Shown one piece after another: positions 41,914 through 50,962 of a stretch of 64,000 bases of DNA. Within the stretch, counting starts at the first letter, position 1. Each line of letters opens with the position of its first letter. A model generated the notes under the pieces. It was not told the DNA's origin and did no database searches. It saw only the letters and a list, made by a program, of their open reading frames with translations. The DNA comes from Dehalococcoidia bacterium (lineage in GTDB: Bacteria > Chloroflexota > Dehalococcoidia > UBA6926): positions 448,001 through 512,000 of the forward strand of contig CAXXET010000006.1 of assembly GCA_963666115.2 (NCBI GenBank). Direction: 5' to 3'. The position numbers and the translations under genes are program-made.

Positions 41914-42623
41914 TCATCGCCATCGATACTGCCACTGAGACGGCAAGCGTTGCGATTGCCCATCCGGAGGGTGGAATCGCCGCTGAACTCACGTGGCGCG
42001 CCGGCCGCAACCACACCATGCACGTCCACCCCACGCTTCGCCACCTCATGATGCTGGCAGGAATCACGCCGGACGATTTGACCGGCGTCGTGGCAACGCG
42101 CGGCCCGGGCAGCTTTACCGGCATCCGCATTGGGCTCGCGACGGCCAAGGGCCTCGCGCAAGGCCTCGGCGTGCCGATCGTCGGCGTGGGAACGCTTGCC
42201 GCATCAGCGTACGGCACCGTTCATCTTGGCCGCGCGGTGTGGTCGGTGGTGGGCGCGGGGCGGGGGCAATATGCTGCCGCTGCGTACACGGCGTCGGACG
42301 ATGGCGGCGTCGAACAACTCGTCGAGGAGGCTATCGTCTCGCCGGAGGACCTTGTTGCGCGGATGGCTGAACGCGGGGAGGACTGTGTCCTGACAGGCGA
42401 GTTTGACGAGGCGCTGGCAGACGCGGCGGCAGGTGATCTTGGGAATGCGCTCGCAATCGCGCCGGACGTCGTTCGGACGAGGACGGCGGCCAATGCCGCG
42501 CGGCTGGGTTTGCTGCGTCTGAATCGCAGCGACGTGGATGACGTCTCGACCCTGGAGCCGCTGTATTTGAGGCCGCCGGCGGCGGTGGAGCGGGCGGAGG
42601 CGCAGGCGGCGGCTAAAGGGTAG
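41910..42623 (+). CDS. tsaB: t6A biosynthesis protein TsaB
   Basis: IAIDTA, GPGSFTGIRIG, EPLYLR. Confidence 0.96.
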   Translation: MIIAIDTATETASVAIAHPEGGIAAELTWRAGRNHTMHVHPTLRHLMMLAGITPDDLTGVVATRGPGSFTGIRIGLATAKGLAQGLGVPIVGVGTLAASAYGTVHLGRAVWSVVGAGRGQYAAAAYTASDDGGVEQLVEEAIVSPEDLVARMAERGEDCVLTGEFDEALADAAAGDLGNALAIAPDVVRTRTAANAARLGLLRLNRSDVDDVSTLEPLYLRPPAAVERAEAQAAAKG

Positions 42624-42624
42624 G

Positions 42625-42789
42625 CTATTCCTGCTCCTTGTCCTTTTCCCGCAGCCGCTTTCGCCGACCCATGCGAGACATGAGCATCAACACGAGGATG
42701 ATGCCGACAATGAACCCAAAGCTAATGATCTCATCGGCCCAACCCGCCGCGCCGGTCAGCGCATGGGCAGGCAGCAGTGAACCAGGCAT
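42625..42789 (-). CDS. Small (54 aa) single-TM membrane protein
   Basis: MPGSLLPAHALTGAAGWADEIISFGFIVGIILVLMLMSRMGRRKRLREKDKEQE; TM helix plus basic tail; -10 element TATCCT 5 nt before ATG. Confidence 0.6.
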   Translation of the reverse strand: MPGSLLPAHALTGAAGWADEIISFGFIVGIILVLMLMSRMGRRKRLREKDKEQE

Positions 42790-42804
42790 ATGTAAGGATA
42801 CCGC

Positions 42805-43614
42805 GTGACAGACATCCCGCACGACCGCTACACCCACGGCCACCATCAATCCGTCGTCCAAAATCACGCGCGCCGGCGCGCGGAGGTGGACGCCTGGTTC
42901 CTCCTGCCCCACCTGACACCCGGTATGCGCCTGCTGGACGCGGGATGCGGGCCTGGTACGATCACCGTCGGGCTGGCGCGGGCAGTCGCGCCCGGCGCGG
43001 TTGTCGGCATCGATCTGTCCGAGGATGTGCTGGCGCAGGCGCGAGACCACGCAGCGTCCGAGGGTGTGGGCAACGTGACGTTCACGCGTGGGGACGTGTA
43101 TCAGCTCGATTACGAGGACGGCTCATTCGACGTCGTCTACGCCAATCAACTGCTGCAGCACCTGACGGATCAAGGGCGGGCGCTGCGCGAAATGCGCCGT
43201 GTCCTAAAACCCGGCGGGCTGCTGGCCATCCGGGAGACGGATTACGCCACCATGGCGCCCTCCCCAAAGTTCCCCGAGTTTGAGGAGTGGAGCCGCCTGT
43301 ACCACGACGTCGCCTACCGCAACGGGGCGGAGCCGGACGCCGGGCGAAATATGGCGCGTTGGACGCGGGAGGCAGGGTTTGCCGGCTATGAGCTGCATCC
43401 CAACGTGGTGGTGATGGACGGCGAGGAGGCGCGCTACTGGGGCCGCATGTGGTCGCAGCGCATCCTGCATTCCAACGTGGGGGAGGATGCGCTGAGGTAC
43501 GGTTTGGCGGAGCAGGCGGATTTGGACAGGATTTCAGCGGCGTGGGCGCGGTTCGCGGACTCCGAGCAGCCGTTTTACATGTACGCGCAGATAGGGGTTC
43601 TGGCGCGGAGATAG
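42805..43614 (+). CDS. Class I SAM-dependent methyltransferase (UbiE-like)
   Basis: LLDAGCGPG, FDVV, RVLKPGG. Confidence 0.9.
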   Translation: MTDIPHDRYTHGHHQSVVQNHARRRAEVDAWFLLPHLTPGMRLLDAGCGPGTITVGLARAVAPGAVVGIDLSEDVLAQARDHAASEGVGNVTFTRGDVYQLDYEDGSFDVVYANQLLQHLTDQGRALREMRRVLKPGGLLAIRETDYATMAPSPKFPEFEEWSRLYHDVAYRNGAEPDAGRNMARWTREAGFAGYELHPNVVVMDGEEARYWGRMWSQRILHSNVGEDALRYGLAEQADLDRISAAWARFADSEQPFYMYAQIGVLARR

Positions 43615-43734
43615 CGGGGCAAACACGGCGCGCGCATTGACAAGAGCGCCAATCATCCGAATCATGGTGACGTTCGCGCAGTTTGGAGGAGGCTGCGCGC
43701 GTCCGGCAGGCAGGTCATTCAGGACTGAGGAACC

Positions 43735-45075
43735 ATGTCTTCGTATCCAACCACGGTGGAGCGCCGCGTGTCCGCGCGCATTCCAACGGCCCACGGCCAA
43801 TTCCGGCTCGAATACTTCTCCAATGACGCAGACGGCAAGGAGCATCTGGCGTTTGTCTACGGCGACGTTGACGGACGCGCCAGCGTGCTTGCGCGCGTCC
43901 ATTCCGAGTGCCTGACAGGCGAGGTGTTCGGCTCCCAGCGGTGCGACTGCGCGTCCCAGCTTGATTCAGCTATCGAGGCGGTAGCGCGTGAGGGAGCCGG
44001 CGTGATCGTCTACCTGCGGCAGGAGGGGCGCGGCATTGGCCTGTTGAACAAGCTGCGCGCCTACAATCTCCAGGACGAGGGTCTCGATACCGTGGACGCC
44101 AATCTGCGCCTGGGGCACGGCGCGGACGAACGCGATTACACCGTTGCGGCATTGATCCTGGAGAGCCTGGGCGTCCGGTCCGTCAGGCTGATGACGAACA
44201 ACCCCGCGAAGGTTGAGGAGCTGCGCGGGCTGGGCATGGAGGTTGCGGGGCGCGTGCCCATGCCGGGCCCCGTTAACGAACAGAACGTGGATTACCTGAC
44301 CGCCAAGGTCAACCGGATGGGCCACATGCTTGACATCGAGCTGCCGGAAGCGGGCGGGGTGCCGGGCCCGTTCGCGCCCGCCGCCGAGAGGCGGGCAGCC
44401 GCAGAGGTCAACGGGCGGCCGTTCGTGACGCTGACGTACGCTCAGAGCCTTGACGGTTCGATAGCAGATGCCGATTCGCTGCCGTTGCACCTCAGCGGCT
44501 CCAAATCGACTGAAATGACGCATCTGCTGAGATCGTCCAACGACGCGATCCTGGTCGGCATCGGCACGGTCATTGCCGATGATCCGCGCCTTACCGTCCG
44601 GCTGGCGAACGGCAAGGACCCACAGCCAATCGTGCTGGACAGCCGCCTCCGCTGCCCGCTCAACGCGGCGCTGCTGGAGAGCTACCGCACAATGCCGTGG
44701 ATCGCGACGCTGGAGGACGCGCCGATGGAACGGCAGCTAGAACTGGAATCGGCGGGCGCGCGCGTCCTGCGCCTCCCCGCGCGGCAGGATGACGGGCTGG
44801 TTGACCTGGGGTCGCTGATGACGTGCCTCTATGAGGACGGCGTGCGAAGCCTGATGGTGGAGGGCGGCGCGCGCGTCATCACGGAGCTGCTTGCGGCGCG
44901 GCTCGTCGACCACGTCGTGATCACGATTGCGCCGATGCTCGTCGGTGGCCTCCGCGCCATCAAACACACGAACGGCAACGGCCACGCGCCATTCCCGCGC
45001 CTCCAGGGCCTCGGCTACAAGCGGGAGGGCGACGACCTGATCGTGTGGGGCAGGCCGGATTGGTCGCTGGATTGA
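43735..45075 (+). CDS. ribA: Fusion of GTP cyclohydrolase II (RibA) and a RibD-C/Rib7-type pyrimidine reductase
   Basis: RVHSECLTG...RCDC, QEGRGIGL.NKLRAY, TNNP.K; then PFVTLTYAQSLDG, DAILVG..TV..DDP.LT.R, LMVEGG. Confidence 0.9.
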   Translation: MSSYPTTVERRVSARIPTAHGQFRLEYFSNDADGKEHLAFVYGDVDGRASVLARVHSECLTGEVFGSQRCDCASQLDSAIEAVAREGAGVIVYLRQEGRGIGLLNKLRAYNLQDEGLDTVDANLRLGHGADERDYTVAALILESLGVRSVRLMTNNPAKVEELRGLGMEVAGRVPMPGPVNEQNVDYLTAKVNRMGHMLDIELPEAGGVPGPFAPAAERRAAAEVNGRPFVTLTYAQSLDGSIADADSLPLHLSGSKSTEMTHLLRSSNDAILVGIGTVIADDPRLTVRLANGKDPQPIVLDSRLRCPLNAALLESYRTMPWIATLEDAPMERQLELESAGARVLRLPARQDDGLVDLGSLMTCLYEDGVRSLMVEGGARVITELLAARLVDHVVITIAPMLVGGLRAIKHTNGNGHAPFPRLQGLGYKREGDDLIVWGRPDWSLD

Positions 45076-46094
45076 AGAGCAGCGCAGTAACGTTCGTTGG
45101 GCCGGGGCAAGTTGAGGTTCAACACGAGGAATTGAGCGGCGCGTCTGCCGGGCGCGCGCTCGTTCGGACGCGTGTCTCCGCAATCAGCGCGGGCACGGAA
45201 CTGCTCGTCTACCGTGGACAAGCGCCGTCCGAAATGGCCGCCGATGAGTCAATCGCCGCGCTCGGCGGCGACCTGTCGTTTCCGCTTCAATATGGTTATG
45301 CGGCAGCGGGAGACGTTGTCGAAACGGGAGAGGGGGTGGATGCCCGTCTGCGTGGTCGGCGCGTGTTTGCCTTCAATCCTCACGCCTCTCTCTTCGAGGC
45401 CGATCCCGGCGCGCTGATGGACATTCCCGACGGCGTGTCATACGAGGACGCGGCGATGCTGCCGTCGATGGAAACGGCAGTCAATTTCGCCATGGACGGC
45501 GCGCCGCTTGTGGGCGAAAACGTCCTGGTAATCGGGCAGGGCGTCGTGGGCCTGCTCACGACGGCGCTGCTGGCGCAGATCCCGCTCGGCGCGCTGGTGA
45601 CGTTGGACGGCATCGAGGCGCGGCGAGAGGCGTCGATGCGGCTTGGGGCAACGGCTGCGCTCGATCCCGCAGCCCCCGGCGTGATGGATGAAATCGCCGC
45701 AGCGTTCGGCGGTCGTGGGGCGGACCTGGTCTATGAGTTGTCCGGCAGGCCGGAGGCGCTGGATACGGCGATTGCGGCGGCGGGATACGGCGGCCGCGTC
45801 GTCATCGGCTCGTGGTATGGAACCAAGCAGGCGCCCATCGATTTGGGCGGCAGCTTTCACCGCAGCCGCATCAAGCTGGTCAGCAGCCAGGTTACGACCA
45901 TTGCGCCGGGGTTGTCGGGCAGGTGGGACAAGCAGCGGCGGTTCGAGACGGCGTGGCGAATGATCGAGCGAGTCCGGCCGGCGCAGTTGGTCACCCACCG
46001 CTTTCCCGTAGAGGACGCCCCCGCCGCCTACAAGCTGCTGGATGAATCGCCGGGCGATGCGCTCCAGGTTCTGCTGACGTACCATAATCCCTAG
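45072..46094 (+). CDS. MDR-family (zinc-binding-ADH-like) dehydrogenase
   Basis: SAISAGTE, GY...G, Rossmann GQGVVG, GSWYG; TTG start overlaps the ribA stop (TTGA). Confidence 0.85.
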   Translation: MKSSAVTFVGPGQVEVQHEELSGASAGRALVRTRVSAISAGTELLVYRGQAPSEMAADESIAALGGDLSFPLQYGYAAAGDVVETGEGVDARLRGRRVFAFNPHASLFEADPGALMDIPDGVSYEDAAMLPSMETAVNFAMDGAPLVGENVLVIGQGVVGLLTTALLAQIPLGALVTLDGIEARREASMRLGATAALDPAAPGVMDEIAAAFGGRGADLVYELSGRPEALDTAIAAAGYGGRVVIGSWYGTKQAPIDLGGSFHRSRIKLVSSQVTTIAPGLSGRWDKQRRFETAWRMIERVRPAQLVTHRFPVEDAPAAYKLLDESPGDALQVLLTYHNP

Positions 46095-46139
46095 CGGCGA
46101 GCCGATGGGCGGTAAATTCACCGGGAGGAACGGGAGAGA

Positions 46140-46523
46140 ATGTACTCGGTTTCCGTGACGCGCTCATTCACGGCGTGGCACTACCTGATCGGCGGCGACT
46201 TTGGCCCGGAGAACGAGCGCAACAGCCACGACTACGGCGTGGAGGCGCGGTTGGAGGGGCCGGGGCTGGATGAGCACGGCTACTTGGTGGACATTACCGC
46301 CGTCCGCGCCGCGCTGGACGAGGTGGAGTCGCGCTACGCGGGCAACACGCTCAACGACTTCGCGGAGTTCGACGGCTTGAATCCGAGCGTGGAACACTTC
46401 GCCCGCATCCTGTGGGAGTTCATCGCAGACCGCATCCCCACGGACTCGCTGACCGCCCTGACCGTGCGGATACGGGAGGACGATGACGCGTGGGCGTCCT
46501 ACGGCAGGGAGTTCTCCGCTTGA
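46140..46523 (+). CDS. 6-pyruvoyl-tetrahydropterin synthase (COG0720/QueD-like) homolog
   Basis: F.A.H....FGPEN..SHDY, G.LVD, LND..EF...NPSVE.FA, IRE T-fold motifs. Confidence 0.85.
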   Translation: MYSVSVTRSFTAWHYLIGGDFGPENERNSHDYGVEARLEGPGLDEHGYLVDITAVRAALDEVESRYAGNTLNDFAEFDGLNPSVEHFARILWEFIADRIPTDSLTALTVRIREDDDAWASYGREFSA

Positions 46524-47611
46524 AGGTCGGCCTGGTCATCTACGGCAGCCTGGACAACCTGTCCGGCGGCTACCTGTACGACCGCAAGCTGGTGGAATGC
46601 CTGCGGGCGGCGGGCGACGAGGTTCACGTCATCGGGATTCCCTGGCGGAACTATGGCCGCCACCTGGCGGACGGGTTCTCGAACCAGTTGCGGCGCGAGT
46701 TGATGTCCGCAGACGTTGACGTGATGCTGCAGGATGAGTTGAATCATCCGTCGCTCTGGCGTGTTAATCGTGCGGTTCGCGGTCGTTGGTCAATCATCTC
46801 CATCGTCCACCATCTCCGCATGAGTGAAATGCGGGCGGGCTGGAAGAATCGCGCGTATGGAGTCATCGAACGCGGCTATCTCCGCTCCGTCGACGGGTTC
46901 GTCTTCAACAGTGAAACGACGCGGGACACGGTTCACGCGCAGATAGGCGGCGATAAGCCGCACGTCGTGGCTTTTCCCGCCGGTGACCGGTTTCAGTCCG
47001 GCGTGACTGAGGAGGACGTAAGGGCCCGGGCCGCGGCGGACGGGCCGCTGCGAATCCTGTTCTTGGGGAACGTGATCGAGCGCAAGCAGCTCCACGTGCT
47101 GTTGGAGGCGCTGACGCTGGTGTGGAACGAGCCGATGTGGCTGGACGTCGTGGGCGGACTGGACGCGGAGCCGCAATACGCGGCGCGAGTACGAAGACAG
47201 GCCGAACGGCTGGGGCTGAGTGACCGCGTGGCATTTCACGGCCCGCTGGACGATGACGCGCTGCGGGAGCGCCTGGCATCCGCGCATGTTCTCGCCGTGC
47301 CGTCGTCCTATGAGGGATACGGTATTGTGTACGTGGAGGGCATGGGATTCGGACTGCCCGCGATCGCGACAGATTCCGGCGCGGCGCGGGAAATCGTCAC
47401 CGACCGCCGTGACGGGTTCCTGATCCCGACAGGCTCAGCGCCGGAATTGTCCATACGGCTGCGCGACCTTGCAACGGATCGAAAGCGTCTTGCCCGCATG
47501 GGCGGGCAGGCGCTCAAGCGGTTCGCCCGCCATCTCACGTGGGAGCAGTCCATGACAGCCGTCCGGGAGTTCCTGCTGGAAATCGTGGAGAAAGCCAATG
47601 CCGGGACCTGA
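46520..47611 (+). CDS. Glycosyltransferase family 4
   Basis: SGGYLYDR, RK, EGYGIVYVE (EX7E); TTG start overlaps the previous stop. Confidence 0.9.
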   Translation: MKVGLVIYGSLDNLSGGYLYDRKLVECLRAAGDEVHVIGIPWRNYGRHLADGFSNQLRRELMSADVDVMLQDELNHPSLWRVNRAVRGRWSIISIVHHLRMSEMRAGWKNRAYGVIERGYLRSVDGFVFNSETTRDTVHAQIGGDKPHVVAFPAGDRFQSGVTEEDVRARAAADGPLRILFLGNVIERKQLHVLLEALTLVWNEPMWLDVVGGLDAEPQYAARVRRQAERLGLSDRVAFHGPLDDDALRERLASAHVLAVPSSYEGYGIVYVEGMGFGLPAIATDSGAAREIVTDRRDGFLIPTGSAPELSIRLRDLATDRKRLARMGGQALKRFARHLTWEQSMTAVREFLLEIVEKANAGT

Positions 47612-48488
47612 AAACTACAGCACGGTTCGCTACCTCAAAGCTAAGGCTGCCGTCGATGACGACGCGCTCAATACGCGGGTGTACAACGCCCTGGCGGAGG
47701 GCATGGCCGGCATGGGAGACGGGCGGCCACTCCGCATCGTCGAGGTTGGCGCGGGCGTGGGCAGCACGTTCAGGCGGCTGTTTGCACGGGGGCTGCTTTC
47801 ACGCGGCGAGTACGTGATGGTCGATCTGGACACGGAAAGCCTTGCGGAAGCGGAACGCGCGGTTGGGGGCATCCTGGACGCGGGAGACCGCGCGGGGATG
47901 GCAGTGAACGTCGTGGCGGGAGATGCCGTCGCGTATCTGCGCGGGGAGGCAGAGGCGGGCCGCCGCGCCGACGTGATTATCGCGCAGGCGCTTGTCGATC
48001 TGCTAAACGTGCCGGCGTTCTTGGAGTCTGCCGCCAGCGCGCTCAGGCCGGGCGGGCTGCTTTATTTACCCATCACCTTTGACGGGGAAACCGTTTTCGA
48101 GCCTGCCGCCATGCCCGAGCTAGATGCGCTTGTGATTAACTCCTATCATCGCACGATGGACGAGAGGATGACCCCGGACGGCCTGCCAACCGGCGGCAGC
48201 AGGGCGGGGCGAACGCTGCTTGTGGAGTTGCCGCAGGCGGGTCTTGCAATAACGGCGGCGGGCGCGTCGGATTGGGTGGTGTACCCGCAGGGCGGGGAGT
48301 ATCCGGGGGATACGGCGTACTTCCTGCACCACATCATCAACTTCGTGTGGCAATCGCTGAGCAGCGACACCGGGGTGTTCAGCGCGGGGCTGGAAGAGTG
48401 GATTGGGCGGCGTCACCGCCAGATTGAGCAGGGCCAACTCATTTACATCGCGCGCCAGCTTGACGTTCTGGCGCGGAAACATGGTTAG
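47598..48488 (+). CDS. Class I SAM-dependent methyltransferase
   Basis: IVEVGAGVG motif I, LRPGG; overlaps the GT gene by 14 nt. Confidence 0.85.
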   Translation: MPGPENYSTVRYLKAKAAVDDDALNTRVYNALAEGMAGMGDGRPLRIVEVGAGVGSTFRRLFARGLLSRGEYVMVDLDTESLAEAERAVGGILDAGDRAGMAVNVVAGDAVAYLRGEAEAGRRADVIIAQALVDLLNVPAFLESAASALRPGGLLYLPITFDGETVFEPAAMPELDALVINSYHRTMDERMTPDGLPTGGSRAGRTLLVELPQAGLAITAAGASDWVVYPQGGEYPGDTAYFLHHIINFVWQSLSSDTGVFSAGLEEWIGRRHRQIEQGQLIYIARQLDVLARKHG

Positions 48489-48497
48489 CGGCAGCGG

Positions 48498-49463
48498 CTA
48501 GTCGTCGTCCGCCGTTGGCTCATCGTCCAGGATGATGAAGTCGTCCGCGCCGCGCGCCCGCAGCGAGTCAAGCAGACTTTCCCCGATTTCCTGCGGGGAC
48601 GTCGATACACCGGTGGTCAGGGATTCCCGCAGCAGAATCGTTCCGTCCGGCGTGGCGGCCATCGCTTCAACGGAGAGCGCGCTGCCGCCAACTGTGGCAT
48701 AGCAGGCAAGGGGCGTGCGGCAGAACCCTCCCACCGCTCTCAGGAAAGCGCGTTCGGCTTCGGCGGCGAGCCTGTCGTTCCGGTCTTCGATGAGAGCCGC
48801 GACGGCGCATGCCTCGTCATTGCTTTCAAGACATTCGATGCCGAGCGCGCCCTGGCCGACTGCGGGGAGCATGATGTCCGGCTCAAGGTATTCCGTGATA
48901 GTGTCGTCCATTCCGAGACGTTGTAGCCCGACGGCGGCCAGCACGGCGGCCTCCGCCTCGATCTCCCGCCCCTCGCCGGTCACCTTGCGGACGCGCGTAT
49001 CCACGTTGCCGCGCAGCAGCACGATGTCAAGATCGGGCCGCGTCGCGAGAACCTGCGCGGCGCGGCGGATGCTGCCCGTGCCCACGCGCGCGCCGGGGGG
49101 GAGTTCGTTCAGCGTTTGGCCGTCTCGTGAGACGAGAACATCGCGGGGATCGTTGCGCGGCATGACGGCGGCCAGCGTGTGGCCGGGTGGGAGGCGCGTG
49201 GGCAGGTCCTTGAGGCTGTGGACAGCGAAGTCGATCTCGCCGTTGGCAAGCGCAATCTGTATCTCCTTGACGAACACGCCCTGCCCGAGGTCGGGGATGG
49301 GAGCGGTGGGGCGTCGTTCAGCCGCCGTCGTGATGCCCACAACCTCAAACGCAAGCTCCGGCCGCTGCGCCCGGACGGCCTGCATGAACATGTCCGTCTG
49401 GATCATCGCCAGGCGACTCGTTCGCGTGCCGACGCGGAGAGGGCGGTTTTGAGGAGAAGCCAT
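48498..49463 (-). CDS. hemC: Hydroxymethylbilane synthase
   Basis: GTR.SRLA..Q, G.FVKE, AVHSLKD, GTGS.RR, RGNVDTR, PAVGQGAL. Confidence 0.95.
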   Translation of the reverse strand: MASPQNRPLRVGTRTSRLAMIQTDMFMQAVRAQRPELAFEVVGITTAAERRPTAPIPDLGQGVFVKEIQIALANGEIDFAVHSLKDLPTRLPPGHTLAAVMPRNDPRDVLVSRDGQTLNELPPGARVGTGSIRRAAQVLATRPDLDIVLLRGNVDTRVRKVTGEGREIEAEAAVLAAVGLQRLGMDDTITEYLEPDIMLPAVGQGALGIECLESNDEACAVAALIEDRNDRLAAEAERAFLRAVGGFCRTPLACYATVGGSALSVEAMAATPDGTILLRESLTTGVSTSPQEIGESLLDSLRARGADDFIILDDEPTADDD

Positions 49464-50962
49464 TAGTCGTTCGCCGCCCACGCGCGGGCTGCGTCTACGA
49501 TGCCGTTCGCGGTGTGTTCAGCGGCCTCAACCGTGACGGTTAGCCCGACCTCCTCCGCGCCGCGTGACGTCGTTGGGCCGGCGGAGATGAACGGAATGCC
49601 GTCCAGGTGTGAGGCGTCCGCGCCAAGCGCCGTGACCAGGTTGCGGGCCGTCGACGGGCTGGTGAGGATAATCCCGTCGATGCCGCGCTCCATGGCCTCG
49701 CGGGCGCGTTCCGCGAGAGCCGGGCCGGCCATCGTCCGGTACACGACGACGGGATGAGGCTCAAGCCCGCGTTCGCGCAGGGCGTCGGGCAGGGCATCGT
49801 CCGCGAGGTTGCCGCGCGGCAGGAGAATGGCGTCCCCCGGTTGAGCGGCGGCTGCGATGGCGTCCGCCAATCCAACGCTGTTGTAGCGTTCCGGCATGGT
49901 GTCGTGCCTCAGCCCGTGCCGGTTCAACGCGGCGGCGGTGGCGGGGCCGATGGCGGCAAGCCGCGCGCCGGACAGACTGCGCCCATCGCGCCCGGTTGCC
50001 AGTAGGCGCCGCATGAAATAATCGACGCCGTTGACGCTGGTGAACGCGATGAAGTGGAAGCGCGGCGCGTCATCGAGCGCCGCATCCATGTCCGACTGCT
50101 CCTCCGCCTCTGCGAAAGCGACTGCGGGGACGTGGACGACTTCCGCGCCCGCGTCGTCCAGCATCGTGATCAGCTCCGCCGCCCGCGCCTCTCCCCGCAG
50201 AACCATGAGGCGGCGGCCAAACAGGGGCCTCTTCTCCAGCCACGCGATGCGGTCGCGGAGGCTGACGACGTGGCCGCACACGAGCAGCGCGGGCGCCTGG
50301 GCGCCGATGTCCGCGGCCTTGCCCGCAATCGTTCCCAGGGTGGCGACGGTCGTGCGCTGCTGTGACGTTGTGGCGCGTTCGATGAGCGCGGCGGGAATAT
50401 CGTCCGCCCAGCCGTCCGCTTTGAGAGATTCGACAACGGCGGCGAGAGTGCGGACGCCCATGAGGACGATGGCCGTTTCGCGCCCCGCCCCCGTGTCCGG
50501 CGGCTCTCCCGCCGCGCCCTGCCCGGTGAGGATGCGGACGGCGGAGGCATGGTGGCGGTCTGTTGGCGGGATGCCGGCGTAGGCGGGGCCGGCAAGCGCG
50601 GACGTGACGCCGGGGACGACGTCAAAGTCGACGCCCGCCTCCGCAAGGGCTGTGGCCTCCTCGCCGCCGCGTCCGAAGAGGAACGGATCGCCTCCCTTGA
50701 GGCGGACGACGCGCTTCCCGTTGCGGGCGCGGTCTACAAGGGTCTGGTTGATCGTTTGTTGGAGGCTGTGGCCGGAGGATGGATGCTTGCCGACGTTGAT
50801 CAGTTCAGCGCCGGAGCGCGCTTCGGCCAGCAACGAAGGGTTGACGAGCCTGTCATAGACGATGACGTCCGCGCGGCGGAGCAGACGCGCGCCGCGCACG
50901 GTGATCAGCCCCGGATCGCCCGGCCCCGCGCCCACCAGGTGGACGATGCCGCTCTCAGCCAC
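49463..50962 (-). CDS. cobA: Uroporphyrinogen-III C-methyltransferase / uroporphyrinogen-III synthase fusion
   Basis: GAGPGDP.LIT, RLKGGDPF.FGRGGEE; then HemD motifs FTS.NGV, AIGP.T, TSPS. Confidence 0.93.
   Translation of the reverse strand: MAESGIVHLVGAGPGDPGLITVRGARLLRRADVIVYDRLVNPSLLAEARSGAELINVGKHPSSGHSLQQTINQTLVDRARNGKRVVRLKGGDPFLFGRGGEEATALAEAGVDFDVVPGVTSALAGPAYAGIPPTDRHHASAVRILTGQGAAGEPPDTGAGRETAIVLMGVRTLAAVVESLKADGWADDIPAALIERATTSQQRTTVATLGTIAGKAADIGAQAPALLVCGHVVSLRDRIAWLEKRPLFGRRLMVLRGEARAAELITMLDDAGAEVVHVPAVAFAEAEEQSDMDAALDDAPRFHFIAFTSVNGVDYFMRRLLATGRDGRSLSGARLAAIGPATAAALNRHGLRHDTMPERYNSVGLADAIAAAAQPGDAILLPRGNLADDALPDALRERGLEPHPVVVYRTMAGPALAERAREAMERGIDGIILTSPSTARNLVTALGADASHLDGIPFISAGPTTSRGAEEVGLTVTVEAAEHTANGIVDAARAWAAND

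Noticed and set aside
43735-45075. Ordinary riboflavin biosynthesis operon
   Set aside because: No deaminase, ribB, ribE, ribH or FMN riboswitch; the coupled genes are unrelated to flavin synthesis.
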